Below the pieces are notes generated by a model that was given only the letters and a program-made list of their open reading frames with translations, ran no database searches and was not told where the DNA came from. DNA of 64,000 nt, from the NCBI RefSeq assembly GCF_041919955.1, contig NZ_JAYRSU010000008.1, positions 2,943 through 66,942 on the forward strand, in the 5' to 3' direction. Shown one piece after another: positions 1 to 9,598 of the stretch. Numbering within the stretch: the stretch's first letter is position 1; each line of letters starts with the position of its first letter. The DNA comes from Phenylobacterium sp. Lineage in GTDB: Bacteria; Pseudomonadota; Alphaproteobacteria; Caulobacterales; Caulobacteraceae. A program made the translations under genes and the position numbers.

Positions 1-371
1 TCGGCCGGGTAGCGTTGCAGCGTGCCGCTGAAGAAACGCCCGCCGACAGCCTCGACCGCCCCCTTCAAGGCGCGAACCTGACGCGGACTCCCGGTCACCA
101 GATTGATGAAATCCACTCTGGCGAGTCGAGCGCCCGAGGCGCCTACGGCGGCCTCGACCTCCGCTGTCGAGGCGGTGATGGCGATCACGACGTCGGCGGC
201 GGCGAACAGAGCCGCTGGCGTCTCCACCCATTCGGCCCCAGCGTCGACAAGCGGCGCGGCCCTGGCGGCCGTGCGGTTCCAGACCACGACCGGGCTTCGC
301 ATTTCCAGAAGGCGCGCCGCAATGGCCGAGCCCATGAGGCCAAGCCCCATCACACCGATCGTCTTCGTCAT
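1..371 (-). CDS. NAD(P)-dependent oxidoreductase, imine reductase (IRED)-like / beta-hydroxyacid dehydrogenase fold; 3' end runs off the window
   Basis: Not in the ORF track. Manual translation from ATG at 371: MTKTIGVMGLGLMGSAIAARLLEMRSPVVVWNRTAARAAPLVDAGA...FINLVTGSPRQVRAL...GGRFFSGTLQRYP. GLGxMG and VWNRT Rossmann motifs. Confidence 0.8.
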   Translation of the reverse strand, partial: MTKTIGVMGLGLMGSAIAARLLEMRSPVVVWNRTAARAAPLVDAGAEWVETPAALFAAADVVIAITASTAEVEAAVGASGARLARVDFINLVTGSPRQVRALKGAVEAVGGRFFSGTLQRYPA

Positions 372-646
372 GGTTGCGATTTCCCCAAGCAGGCCGCCAG
401 CAGCGCGGTCGGCCCCTTTGAGCCAGGCGCCGGTCAGGGCATCGCGACGTGAACAGCATCGAGGCGCATCGTCAACGAAATATGATATTTATCGTGTAAT
501 TTTGCGCACAAGTCGCGCACCCGACCTGCATTCAGGAAAATTGCCTGTTCTAGATGGATAATTGTCGCCCTACAGTCAGCGTGCCGACCGCTGCGCGACC
601 AGTCGCAACCACCATAGAGCGCCTAAGCCGAAGGACTGCCGCCGTC

Positions 647-2086
647 ATGACCGATCCGTTCCGACTGGACGCAGCAGCCGGCCAGTTGCTTCGCGCCGGC
701 AAGCCCGCCGAGGCCCTCGCCCTGCTCCGCTCCCGACCTGCGCCGACCCAGGCGTTCGGATTGTCGAGCGCACTGGAACTCGAAGCGCTGATCGCGCTTG
801 GACGTCGCCGGGAGGCCAGAGCGGCCCTCGACGCCGCCCTGACCGTCAAAGAACCGACACCGGACGCTCTGGACGCCCTCGCCTTCTTCGCACGTCAACT
901 GGAACTGCACGACGTCTCCAACCGGCTCTACCAGCGCACGGTCGAGCTCGCCCCGCTCGATCCCAGATACTGGTTCAACCTCGCCACCAGCGAGCGCAGC
1001 CTTGGACGCCTGGAAGCGGCGGCGGACGCCTGCAACCGCGCCCTGGCGCTCGACCCCGATCATCGCGCAGCCCTATTGCTGCGCTCGGAAGTGTCGCGCG
1101 CCACAGCGAGCGCCAATCATGTGGACGACCTGAAGGCCCGGCTGGAGCGACGGCTCCCGCCGGGCGACGAGATCGTTTTCGCCTACGCCCTCGGCAAGGA
1201 ACTCCATGAGCTCGGGCGCTACGATGAGGCCTTCGGAGCTTTCGCCCGCGGCGCGGCCGCCCGGCGCCGCGCTCTCCAGTACGACGTGCGGCAGGACGAG
1301 TTGAAGCTGCAGCGCATTGCAGCAGCGTTTTCGCACGCGCCGCCCCAGCCCCCCCCACTGCCCCCCGGCCGGCACATCTTCATCGTCGGCCTGCCACGGT
1401 CGGGGACGACCCTGACGGAACGGATTCTGGGCGGCCTGCCGAACGTCCGCTCGAACAACGAGACGGACAACGTCTCGACCGCGTTGATGCGCTGGACGCC
1501 TCAAGGACCGGACGACGTGTTCGAGCGCGCCGCCAGGGCCGATTTCGTTCGCATGGGGCAAGACTATGAAGCCTTGGCGGACCTCGACGACTTCAAAGGC
1601 AAGATCATCGAGAAGCTGCCGTTCAACTTTCTCTATGTCGGGGCGATCCTGCGGGCGCTGCCCGACGCCTCGGTGGTCTGGTTGCGCCGCCACCCGATCG
1701 ACAGCTGTTTTGCAATGTTCCGCACACTGTTCGGCGCAGCCTACCCGTTCAGCTACGACTTCGAGGAGCTGGCGAGGTACTTCGCAGCCTACGAACGGCT
1801 GATGGCGCATTGGGTGAACCTCCACCCCCACCGCATACTGCCGGTCGAATACGAGCAGTTGGTCGCCGCGCCGGAGGCGATCGCGCCGCAGCTTGCCAAG
1901 CACTGCGGGCTGCCATGGGACGCCTCAGCGCTTGAGATCAGCCGCAATCGCTCGGCGTCGTTGACGGCAAGCGCGGCCCAGGTGCGCGGGGGCATCTATC
2001 AGTCTTCGTCGGGCATTTGGCGGAGCTACGGAGCGCACCTCCAGCCGCTGGCCGATCTATTGGCGAGGCAGGGCGTCACGCTCTGA
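647..2086 (+). CDS. TPR-repeat sulfotransferase family protein
   Basis: N-terminal TPR-like helices, PAPS-binding loop IFIVGLPRSGTTLTERIL, and EKLP and RHPIDSCFA motifs. Start set at ATG 647 (ORF track starts at 554). Confidence 0.85.
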   Translation: MTDPFRLDAAAGQLLRAGKPAEALALLRSRPAPTQAFGLSSALELEALIALGRRREARAALDAALTVKEPTPDALDALAFFARQLELHDVSNRLYQRTVELAPLDPRYWFNLATSERSLGRLEAAADACNRALALDPDHRAALLLRSEVSRATASANHVDDLKARLERRLPPGDEIVFAYALGKELHELGRYDEAFGAFARGAAARRRALQYDVRQDELKLQRIAAAFSHAPPQPPPLPPGRHIFIVGLPRSGTTLTERILGGLPNVRSNNETDNVSTALMRWTPQGPDDVFERAARADFVRMGQDYEALADLDDFKGKIIEKLPFNFLYVGAILRALPDASVVWLRRHPIDSCFAMFRTLFGAAYPFSYDFEELARYFAAYERLMAHWVNLHPHRILPVEYEQLVAAPEAIAPQLAKHCGLPWDASALEISRNRSASLTASAAQVRGGIYQSSSGIWRSYGAHLQPLADLLARQGVTL

Positions 2087-2105
2087 CCGCGCCGCCATCG
2101 CCGAT

Positions 2106-2137
2106 AAGAAAAGCGGCCCGGAACGTGTCCGGACCGC
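2106..2137 (-). terminator. Rho-independent terminator-like hairpin for the minus-strand TBDR transcript
   Basis: Stem GCGGCCCGGA / TCCGGACCGC (one mismatch), 5-nt loop, and AAGAAAA on the + strand (U-tract on the minus strand). Confidence 0.55.
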
Positions 2138-2190
2138 AAGGGCGACGTCGACAATCGACGCGGGGAGAAAGAGGTTCGCCGTGGGCGACC

Positions 2191-2532
2191 AGAGGCGTTC
2201 AGGCCACGCATGATCTGACGCTGGGCGCCCATGAACTGCGAGCCGCTTGAGGTCACCACCAGGTTTGGCACCTGGCGCGACAGATCCTCTACAGTGGCCA
2301 CGCCGGTGCGCGCGACCTGCGCCGCAGCGACCGCGGTGATGTTGTAGGGGATTTCCGTAACGTCCTGCGCGCGGCGAGCGGCGGTGACGACGACTTCATC
2401 GACGGTCGCGCCTTGTCCCGGCGCGGCTTCCGTCTGGGCGGCGGCGTGACCGCTCGCAATGACCATGAACAGGCCGCTCAGCGCCGACGCGCCGAGGAGC
2501 TGCCTCATTCGACTTTTGCTGTACTCCCGCAC
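2191..2532 (-). pseudogene. TonB-dependent receptor, N-terminal remnant (signal peptide, TonB box, start of plug)
   Basis: GTG start with GGGAGGGA RBS; signal peptide ending HAAAQ; DEVVVTAARRAQDVTEIPYNITAV; RQIMRGLNAS. The reading then runs into non-homologous sequence and the terminator, with no barrel. Confidence 0.85.
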
Positions 2533-2647
2533 GTTTCCCTCCCGAAACCTACGGCGCTACCGAGTTCGCCCTCGTGGCGGAACCCGCTTTCGCAGCGCCA
2601 AGCGACCGCATCGCTAAGCGATTTTTATCAGTTTCACAAAAGATAAA

Positions 2648-2673
2648 TCGAACAAAGATCGATAAAATTTCGC
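2648..2673. promoter_or_regulatory. Phased TCGA-N7-TCGA-N7-TCGC array upstream of the TBDR remnant
   Basis: TCGA ACAAAGA TCGA TAAAATT TCGC in an AT-rich patch. Confidence 0.45.
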
Positions 2674-2849
2674 TTTGTGGCGTAGGCGCCTCGCGCACCG
2701 CCACTTGCGCGGCACATCGGCGGCGATTTGCACGCAAACTCCTCAGCCAGGAGGGAAAAGGGCAAAATTCCGTGTTTTTCGAGAAAATTCCACTCCAAAA
2801 GGTTCGATTGGCCGGGCGCGAGCCGGTGACAGCCGCCCCTTAACCGCTC

Positions 2850-2897
2850 TTGACGCAGATTTCCGTCAAGGCGATGGTCACGATTGAAATCGAATTT
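2850..2897. promoter_or_regulatory. Inverted repeat TTGACG-N8-CGTCAA plus ACGA-N6-TCGA motif upstream of the SDR
   Basis: TTGACG (Caulobacter sigma70 -35-like hexamer) at 2850-2855 and its inverse at 2864-2869; AAATCGAATTT at 2887-2897. Confidence 0.4.
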
Positions 2898-3023
2898 TTT
2901 GCAATATGTAACCGATATCGATTGAATCTAGTGCGGTCGACCGCGACCGCCGGATCGCGACACCAAAGGCACCGCCGGCGCGCCCGCGCCGTCCTGGCTC
3001 AAAAGACAAGGGGACCAAAACCA

Positions 3024-3809
3024 ATGGCCGATCGAGACACCACGGTCCGGCAAATTCCTGCGCCGCTGCAAGGCAAGACCGCGCTCGTCACCGGCGGCAC
3101 GCGCGGCATCGGACGGGGGATCGCGCTGTCGATGGCGGCCGCCGGGGCCTATGTGATCATTTCGGGGCGCGACGAAGCGAACGCCCAGTCCGCGGTCGCT
3201 GAAATCCGCGACGCGGGCGGCCGGGCCGACTATCTGGTGGCCGACCTCTTCGACGAGGCGGCTGTCGACGCCCTGGTGCCGCGGACGATTTCCGAGTTCG
3301 GCGGCCTGGACGTCCTGGTCAACAACGCCGGCATCGACGCGGACGCCCCGGCGCGCGCCTATCCGCTGTCCAGCTGGAAGCGGGTTATGTTCATGAACCT
3401 GGAGGCCCCGTTCCGCCTCTGCATGGCGGCCGGCGAACACTTCTTCGAACGGGGCGGCGGCGCGATCGTAAACATCGCCTCCGTTCTCGGTTCGGTCGCG
3501 ACGGTGGAAGCCGTGGCCTATACGAGCGCCAAGCACGGCTTGCTCGGCCTGACCAAGAACCTCGCCATCGAATGGGCGCGCCATGGAATTCGCGTCAATG
3601 CGGTGGCGCCTGGCCTTATCCAGACCGACATGACCAAGGGCCTGTGGGAAAGTCCGGCCGGGGACGGCTATGTCGCCTCCCGCATTCCCGCCGGCCGGAT
3701 CGGACAGCCGAAGGACATCGGGGCCGCGGTCGTCTTCCTCGCCTCCGACGCCGCCGACTTCATTCATGGCGAGAGCATCACCGTCGACGGCGGCTTCCTG
3801 GCCACCTGA
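3024..3809 (+). CDS. SDR family oxidoreductase (KduD/gluconate 5-dehydrogenase-like)
   Basis: TGGTRGIG, NNAG, YTSAK (YxxxK) and VNAVAPG motifs. ATG 3024 follows a GGGGA RBS. Confidence 0.92.
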   Translation: MADRDTTVRQIPAPLQGKTALVTGGTRGIGRGIALSMAAAGAYVIISGRDEANAQSAVAEIRDAGGRADYLVADLFDEAAVDALVPRTISEFGGLDVLVNNAGIDADAPARAYPLSSWKRVMFMNLEAPFRLCMAAGEHFFERGGGAIVNIASVLGSVATVEAVAYTSAKHGLLGLTKNLAIEWARHGIRVNAVAPGLIQTDMTKGLWESPAGDGYVASRIPAGRIGQPKDIGAAVVFLASDAADFIHGESITVDGGFLAT

Positions 3810-3869
3810 CTGCGCCCTGGAGCCGCTCGGGTCGCCGCGGCGGCCCGGGCCAACCGTTCTGGAGGTCCC

Positions 3870-4682
3870 ATGCAGGCGCCCGCCCCGATCCCCGAAACAA
3901 GCAGGAAGAAGCGGCGCGCCTCACCGCGCCAGCCGTCACGCGGTCGCGGGCTGGCGCGCTATGCTGCGCTTCTGGACGCGGCCCACGACCTCCTCAAGCG
4001 GGAGGCGCCCGACGCCATCGGCCTCTATCAGATCGCCGAGCGGGCCGGCGTACCGCCTGCGTCGGCCTATCACTTCTTTCCGACCAAGGAGGCCGCCTAT
4101 GTCGGCCTGGCGGAACGCTATTGTGACGAGATCGTGCGCATTCACAGCGTGCCGATCCCAGCCCGCGACATTGCGAACTGGCAGGACGTGTTTCGCATCG
4201 ATCTGAGGCGGGCGATGGCCTATTTCAACAGCGAGCCTTCGGCCATGAAGATCCTCTACGGCGGCTACGGCGGCGTAGAGGCGCGGAACATCGACAAGAT
4301 CTTCTCTCGCAAGCTCGCCCAAGCGAACTACAGCCGCCTCGACAAAATCTTCCACATGCCGGTCATGCGCGACGCGGAGAAGAAATTCGAGCTCCGCCTG
4401 GCGATCCTCGACAGCATCTGGGAGGTGTCTGTTCGCCGGCACGGGCATATCACCGAGGACTACTTCACCGAGGCGCTGGACGCCTGCAACGCCTACATCC
4501 GACTGTTTCTGCCAGAACATCTGGAACCACGGGAGATCCTGGTGCGCGCCATGGAGCGCGACGCCGTGGTCCATCTTCATCTTCCCGGCGACCAGATCGA
4601 GATTTCACCACGGGACATCGAACTGGAGCATTGGAATGGCGATGACGGGCCGAGCCCGCCACCGCCCTTCGCCTATTCGTAG
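3870..4682 (+). CDS. TetR/AcrR regulator, paralog 1
   Basis: [31 protein letters not shown]-domain KILYGGYGG is shared with the 7382 and 13568 genes. Confidence 0.9.
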   Translation: MQAPAPIPETSRKKRRASPRQPSRGRGLARYAALLDAAHDLLKREAPDAIGLYQIAERAGVPPASAYHFFPTKEAAYVGLAERYCDEIVRIHSVPIPARDIANWQDVFRIDLRRAMAYFNSEPSAMKILYGGYGGVEARNIDKIFSRKLAQANYSRLDKIFHMPVMRDAEKKFELRLAILDSIWEVSVRRHGHITEDYFTEALDACNAYIRLFLPEHLEPREILVRAMERDAVVHLHLPGDQIEISPRDIELEHWNGDDGPSPPPPFAYS

Positions 4683-5629
4683 TCGATGGCGAAGCTGTAC
4701 TTCGGGTCGTAGTGGGCCTCCCAATAAGACTCCCAGACCTGACGGGTGATCGGCCCGACTTGGCCGCCCCCGACCGGTTGACCGTCGAGTTCTGTGATCG
4801 GCATGACCCCGCCTGCGGTCGTGCAGATGAAAATCTCGTCGGCATGGTAGAGCGCGTCCACCGGCACATAGGTCAGCTCGGCCTTGATCCCCTTGGCGGC
4901 GGCGATTTCCAGGACCGTGCGGCGGGTGACCCCTTCGAGCACGCCACGCGAAGGCGTCGTGAGCGCCCCGTCCCTGACCACGAAGATGTTGTATCCGCCG
5001 CCCTCGGTGATGTTTCCGTCCCCGTCCGGAAGCAGGGAATAGACCGCACCGCGATCCATGGCCTCAAGCCAGCCGCGTACGAAGTCGCCCCACTGCAGGT
5101 TCTTGATCGTCGGGTCCATAGCGCCCGGCGGCGTGCGGCGGACCGTCCGCGTGACGACCGCCTTGCCGCCCGTCGGATGAAGCTGCGGCGGCATCGCCCA
5201 GACGTAGGGCATGACCATCAGGTACAGGCTGTTTTCATAGCTTTGATACTCGCGAATGAACTTCAGGCCGCGCGTGACGATGAGCTCGACATAGGCGTCG
5301 CGGATGCCGCTCTTGACCACCATCTCGATGAGGGTCTTGCGGACGCTCTGGCGATCCAGCGGGATGCGAAGCCGCATCTTTTCGCAGCTTGCTTCGAGGC
5401 GATCGAGGTGATCGTCGAGGCGGAAGAAGCGCCCGTCCCAAACCGCGGGAACATCGTAGGTCAGGTCCGAGCGCAGGAAGCCCTGATCAAGGATCGGGAT
5501 TCGCGCCTCCGCCAGCGGGTAGAGTTCCCCCTGGATCCAGGCCACGCCCCCGGCCAGCGGATTCTCAGACACCTCGAGCGCGCTCCGGCGCGCCTCGTGC
5601 GCTCCAAGCACCTTCTCCATCGAGTACAT
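4673..5629 (-). CDS. PLP fold-type IV aminotransferase, (R)-selective amine transaminase type
   Basis: [30 protein letters not shown] (PLP Lys), LEGVTR, TTAGG. N-terminal helix MYSMEKVL...NPLAGG and C-terminus YSFAIDY resemble fungal R-ATAs as I recall them. Confidence 0.93.
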   Translation of the reverse strand: MYSMEKVLGAHEARRSALEVSENPLAGGVAWIQGELYPLAEARIPILDQGFLRSDLTYDVPAVWDGRFFRLDDHLDRLEASCEKMRLRIPLDRQSVRKTLIEMVVKSGIRDAYVELIVTRGLKFIREYQSYENSLYLMVMPYVWAMPPQLHPTGGKAVVTRTVRRTPPGAMDPTIKNLQWGDFVRGWLEAMDRGAVYSLLPDGDGNITEGGGYNIFVVRDGALTTPSRGVLEGVTRRTVLEIAAAKGIKAELTYVPVDALYHADEIFICTTAGGVMPITELDGQPVGGGQVGPITRQVWESYWEAHYDPKYSFAIDYE

Positions 5630-5657
5630 GGCCTTCTCCCGATCGCCCAGAAAATAG

Positions 5658-5734
5658 TCGTCAAATATCTACGATTATGACGAACGATGGCCAATCAAGG
5701 AGAAAATTTCAACACTAAAGTCGTCAATTATCGA
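5658..5734. promoter_or_regulatory. TCGT-N6-TC(G/T)A motifs upstream of the R-ATA
   Basis: TCGT CAAATA TCTA (5658) and TCGT CAATTA TCGA (5721). Confidence 0.5.
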
Positions 5735-5800
5735 ATAATTTGGGACTGGCAGCGGGCTGCACCGGCTGCGGGCGCATTCCCTCCCGCAGCCAGCCAACAA

Positions 5801-7108
5801 TCATTGGCTTGCGGGGGTCTGAACGGGCGCGGCCTGACGGCCAGCGGGCAGCGCCAGGCTGCAGATGGCGGCCGGCAGGTAGACAAGCGCCACAAAGACC
5901 AGGAAGCCGGAGGGGCCCAGATGGTCGAAGCTCCAGCCCGCGAGGCTTCCGCCCGCCGCGTAGCCGGCCTGCAAGGCGAAGTACCATCCGCCATAGGTCA
6001 CGGGAAACACCGCGTCCCCGAACTGGCGTCGGGTGAGCGTGATCCAGAGGACCTCGCCGGCGCCGAAGGCGAAGCCGAGAGCGAGCGCGCCGGCCCCTGC
6101 GAGGATCACGCTCCGGCTCTCAGGGGCGAGCGCCAGGGCAAAGACGCCAAAGCTGATCGCCGCCACGATCGCCAGCGCGCTCCACCTCGCGTTGAAGCGG
6201 TCGAGCATCCAGCCGATCGCGACCGAGCCCGTCGTGCTCCCGCCGGCGGTCATCCCCAGCAGAGTCGCCGCAGCAGCCGGCGAGAAGTGCGCGCGCCGCA
6301 ACAGCGCCAGCTCCTGGGTCAGGACGGCGATCGAAGCCATGCCGGCGCCGATCACCGCGACGAACATGCAGCCAGCCACCCACGGATTGATGGCTTTCAC
6401 GTCGCCGGACTGGGTATTGCCCGACTCGCCGCGCGCCGTCCGCGCGCCGTCGATCTCGCGCGCGGCGATCGGGTCGCCGTCCAGGCCCAGCCCCATCTCC
6501 GTCGGCGACGATGGACCGCGCGACAGGAGCGAGATGGCCACGGCGACCGCCAGAAGGCCGCCGGCGACGACCAGCGTCGCCGGCCGCCATCCCAGCGTCA
6601 GAACCAGCGCCTCAGTGGCCGGTGAGAGGGCCAGTCCGCCGGTCGAACCCCCGGCCCAAACCAGGGCCATGGCTGTGGCAAACCGCCTGGAGAACCAGCG
6701 GGCCGTCAGCATCGGGACAGCCGCGATCGCGAGGACCTTGCCGAAACCCATGACGATGCGCAGCAGATAGAGCTGCCAGAATTCCGTGACGAAGATCAGG
6801 GAGGCCAGCACCAGCGCTTCGGCGCAGAGACCGAACAGGATCAGGCCCCATGGGCTGAAACGCCGCGTCAACGGGCCATAGAACAGCGCCAATGGAGCGA
6901 CCAGCCACATCGCCGAAACGAGGCCGCCGGTTTGCGCCGCGCTCCACCCGTGCTCCTGAGCTAGGGGCTGGGCGACCACGATGAACGAATAAATGCTGGA
7001 GCCGAAGATCGCGAACGTACAGAGGAAGAGCGCCAGAACGACGCGCCATCCGAAGTAGACGCCACGCCCCAAGGACATCGACGCCGCCGCCGGCGGATAT
7101 TCCGTCAT
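5801..7108 (-). CDS. MFS transporter (OFA-like)
   Basis: About 12 hydrophobic segments; YFGWRVV N-terminus; ARWFSRRFATAMAL and GWMLDRFNAR motifs. Confidence 0.9.
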   Translation of the reverse strand: MTEYPPAAASMSLGRGVYFGWRVVLALFLCTFAIFGSSIYSFIVVAQPLAQEHGWSAAQTGGLVSAMWLVAPLALFYGPLTRRFSPWGLILFGLCAEALVLASLIFVTEFWQLYLLRIVMGFGKVLAIAAVPMLTARWFSRRFATAMALVWAGGSTGGLALSPATEALVLTLGWRPATLVVAGGLLAVAVAISLLSRGPSSPTEMGLGLDGDPIAAREIDGARTARGESGNTQSGDVKAINPWVAGCMFVAVIGAGMASIAVLTQELALLRRAHFSPAAAATLLGMTAGGSTTGSVAIGWMLDRFNARWSALAIVAAISFGVFALALAPESRSVILAGAGALALGFAFGAGEVLWITLTRRQFGDAVFPVTYGGWYFALQAGYAAGGSLAGWSFDHLGPSGFLVFVALVYLPAAICSLALPAGRQAAPVQTPASQ

Positions 7109-7381
7109 GCCGCTTTCCTCCCTCAGGGTCGTTCGCCCCGTTTGCGCGACTAGTATCGTCGCGCCACACAGAAAGTCGACAAAATTTGGCTTATTCCGGA
7201 CATTCGCAGATATTTTGAGCGAATTTGCGCATATATGTCGATTTTTATACAGACCAGGTGCAACCTGGACGAAGGCCTCGCCATGCAGCCCTGACCGCCC
7301 CAGGCCCGCATCCTCGGACCCCCAAGGGTTGCCGGGGAACGGCGATGCCGTTTAGCTCAGGCGCGAGGAGAGGAGACCTTG

Positions 7382-8131
7382 ATGCCGAGTCCGACCACCG
7401 CTGACGACGGCGCCTCCAAGCGCAAGCGCCGCGAAGGGCCGCGGACGCCGTCGCGCGGCCGAGGGGTCGCGCGGTACGGGGCGCTGCTGGACGCTACGGA
7501 GGCCCTGCTTCAGGTCGAGAACCCCGACACCATCGGTCTGTATCAAATCGCCGAACAGGCGGGCGTTCCACCTGCTTCGGTTTACCACTTCTTTCCCACA
7601 AAGGAGGCGGCGTATGTCGCCTTGGCTGAGCGCTACCTCGAAGGCCTGATGGAGGTTCACCGCGCGCCGATCGAGGCCCGTCTGCTAGGCGGATGGCAGG
7701 ACCTGCTGCGGATCGATTTCCGGCGGGCGATGGAGTTCTACAACGCCCGGCCGCCCATGAATAAGATTCTCTATGGCGGCTACGGGGGAATTGAGGCGCG
7801 CAACATCGACAAGCTGTTCTCCCTGAAACTGGCGAACGCGCACTACGATCGGCTGGACCGCATCTTCCATATGCCCTTCATGCGCAATCCCGGCGCCTTC
7901 TTCGAGAACCGCCTTGGAATCCTGGACGCGCTCTGGTCGATTTCGGTGCGTCGCTACGGCAGCATCACCGAGGAGTATCTCCTCGAAGCGCAGAGAGCCT
8001 GCAGCGCCTATACGCTGGTCTACCTCCCGCAATATCTCGAACCGCGCGAGTTGCTGGTCGAGGCCGCCGCGCGCGGCGAGGCGTTGACCCTGGCGTTCGA
8101 CCTGCCGGCGCAGGACGAACCCGCGGCCTGA
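7382..8131 (+). CDS. TetR/AcrR regulator, paralog 2
   Basis: [46 protein letters not shown] upstream; TTG 7379 is an alternative start. Confidence 0.9.
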   Translation: MPSPTTADDGASKRKRREGPRTPSRGRGVARYGALLDATEALLQVENPDTIGLYQIAEQAGVPPASVYHFFPTKEAAYVALAERYLEGLMEVHRAPIEARLLGGWQDLLRIDFRRAMEFYNARPPMNKILYGGYGGIEARNIDKLFSLKLANAHYDRLDRIFHMPFMRNPGAFFENRLGILDALWSISVRRYGSITEEYLLEAQRACSAYTLVYLPQYLEPRELLVEAAARGEALTLAFDLPAQDEPAA

Positions 8132-8254
8132 ACCTGCCGCCAGGATGACTTGCACGTCGCCGCTGTGAGAGGGCGCCCGTCCCCGACGTCGCTCATTCGC
8201 CAAACCGCACAAGATGCTGCACGCCAGCGCAATGAGGCCTGCGTGGCCGCATTC

Positions 8255-8344
8255 AAATTCGATTTATTTCGATTAAATATCGACCTTCACCGCGAAAACC
8301 TATTGATGGAGATGAAAAAATAAAATTTCATCGACAAAACTCGG
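8255..8344. promoter_or_regulatory. Phased TCGA array upstream of the second MFS gene
   Basis: TCGA at 8259, 8269 and 8280 (10-11 bp period), plus TCGA CAAAAC TCGG at 8331, in a very AT-rich patch. Confidence 0.55.
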
Positions 8345-8359
8345 TGCGCCTCGGGGGTC

Positions 8360-9562
8360 ATGGCTGTGCAGCAATCTGTCGATCTGGCCCAGGAGACCGC
8401 CCCGTCGCAGCGATCGGTGGACGCGCCGTCCGCCGTCGTTGCAGCGGCATACCTCATCGCCCTCAACCAACTGGTCGCGAACATCCAACCGCTGCTGCTG
8501 GGTGCGCTTGCGACGGATTATGGCTTGAGCGACCGACAGCTCGGCCATGTGAGCGCATTCTACGTCGGCGCAGTCACCCTGTGCACCTTGTCGGCTCCAT
8601 TGTGGATCCGCCGGATCAACTGGCGCCTGGCCACGCTCGTATCCGTCGCAGGCTGCGTCGCGGCCTTCGCCTGGGGCGCGACGCTGAACGGCGTGGGGAT
8701 GTTCCTCTTGCTGTTCGCCATCCTGGGCTTTGCGAAGGGCTTCTTCGGCGCCCCCGCGTTCGCCAGCCTCGGCGACGGTTCGAATCCTGACCGCGGCTAC
8801 GGGCTGTCCACCGTGCTGCAAAGCCTGATCGCCGCGGGCGCGGCGGCTCCAGTGGCGAGCTACATCATTCCGACCTACGGTGTCAGGGGCCTCTTCATTT
8901 CACTCGCCCTCGTCTACGCTACCGGGATCGTGGCCGCGCGGTGGATGCCAGTCGGCGCGCGCTCGCCGCGTGCGGCAAGCCTGAGCCCCGCCGAACCCGG
9001 AGAAGCATTGCTGTCTTGGGCGGCCATTCCGCCCCTGGTCGCGGGGTTCGCCGTCGCGCTGTTCGCCGGAGGGATTCTGGCTTTCTGGTATTTCGTCGAA
9101 CGGATCGGCGTCGCGCGCGGCGTGCCCGCACAGACCATCGGCCTGACCATCAGCCTGGCCGCTTTCGCTTCAATTCTCACCTCGGCGATCAACACCTGGC
9201 TGGGGGGCCGCGTACCGAGCCTTGCGTTCGTCGCCGCCGGGACGGCGCTGCTCCTGGCCTCCTACGCGGTTCTGCTCGTCCCGGGCGATCTGGCCTTTGT
9301 CGCCTGCAACCTGCTGTTCGCCCTCGGCTGGGGGTTTGCGCAGCCGGCCTACTGGACGATCGTCCGCAGGGTCGATCATACGGGGCGGCTGTTTGTGGCG
9401 GCTCCCGCCGCCTCTGGCGCCGCCGGCGTCGCCATCGGAATCTTCGCCGGGCCGGTGATCGAGTCGGGCGGATACTCCGGACTGATAGGCCTCAGCTCGG
9501 CGCTGATCGCGGCGGCCATCCTCTGCATCGTCGGCGTGCTGCGCTTTGCGGCGGCTCGCTGA
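8360..9562 (+). CDS. MFS transporter
   Basis: About 12 TM segments; PLLLGALATDYGLS...WIRRINWR, same subfamily pattern as the MFS domain fused to the P450. Confidence 0.9.
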   Translation: MAVQQSVDLAQETAPSQRSVDAPSAVVAAAYLIALNQLVANIQPLLLGALATDYGLSDRQLGHVSAFYVGAVTLCTLSAPLWIRRINWRLATLVSVAGCVAAFAWGATLNGVGMFLLLFAILGFAKGFFGAPAFASLGDGSNPDRGYGLSTVLQSLIAAGAAAPVASYIIPTYGVRGLFISLALVYATGIVAARWMPVGARSPRAASLSPAEPGEALLSWAAIPPLVAGFAVALFAGGILAFWYFVERIGVARGVPAQTIGLTISLAAFASILTSAINTWLGGRVPSLAFVAAGTALLLASYAVLLVPGDLAFVACNLLFALGWGFAQPAYWTIVRRVDHTGRLFVAAPAASGAAGVAIGIFAGPVIESGGYSGLIGLSSALIAAAILCIVGVLRFAAAR

Positions 9563-9598
9563 TCGGGTTCGCCGATCAGCGCCGTCGAGGCAGCCTGG

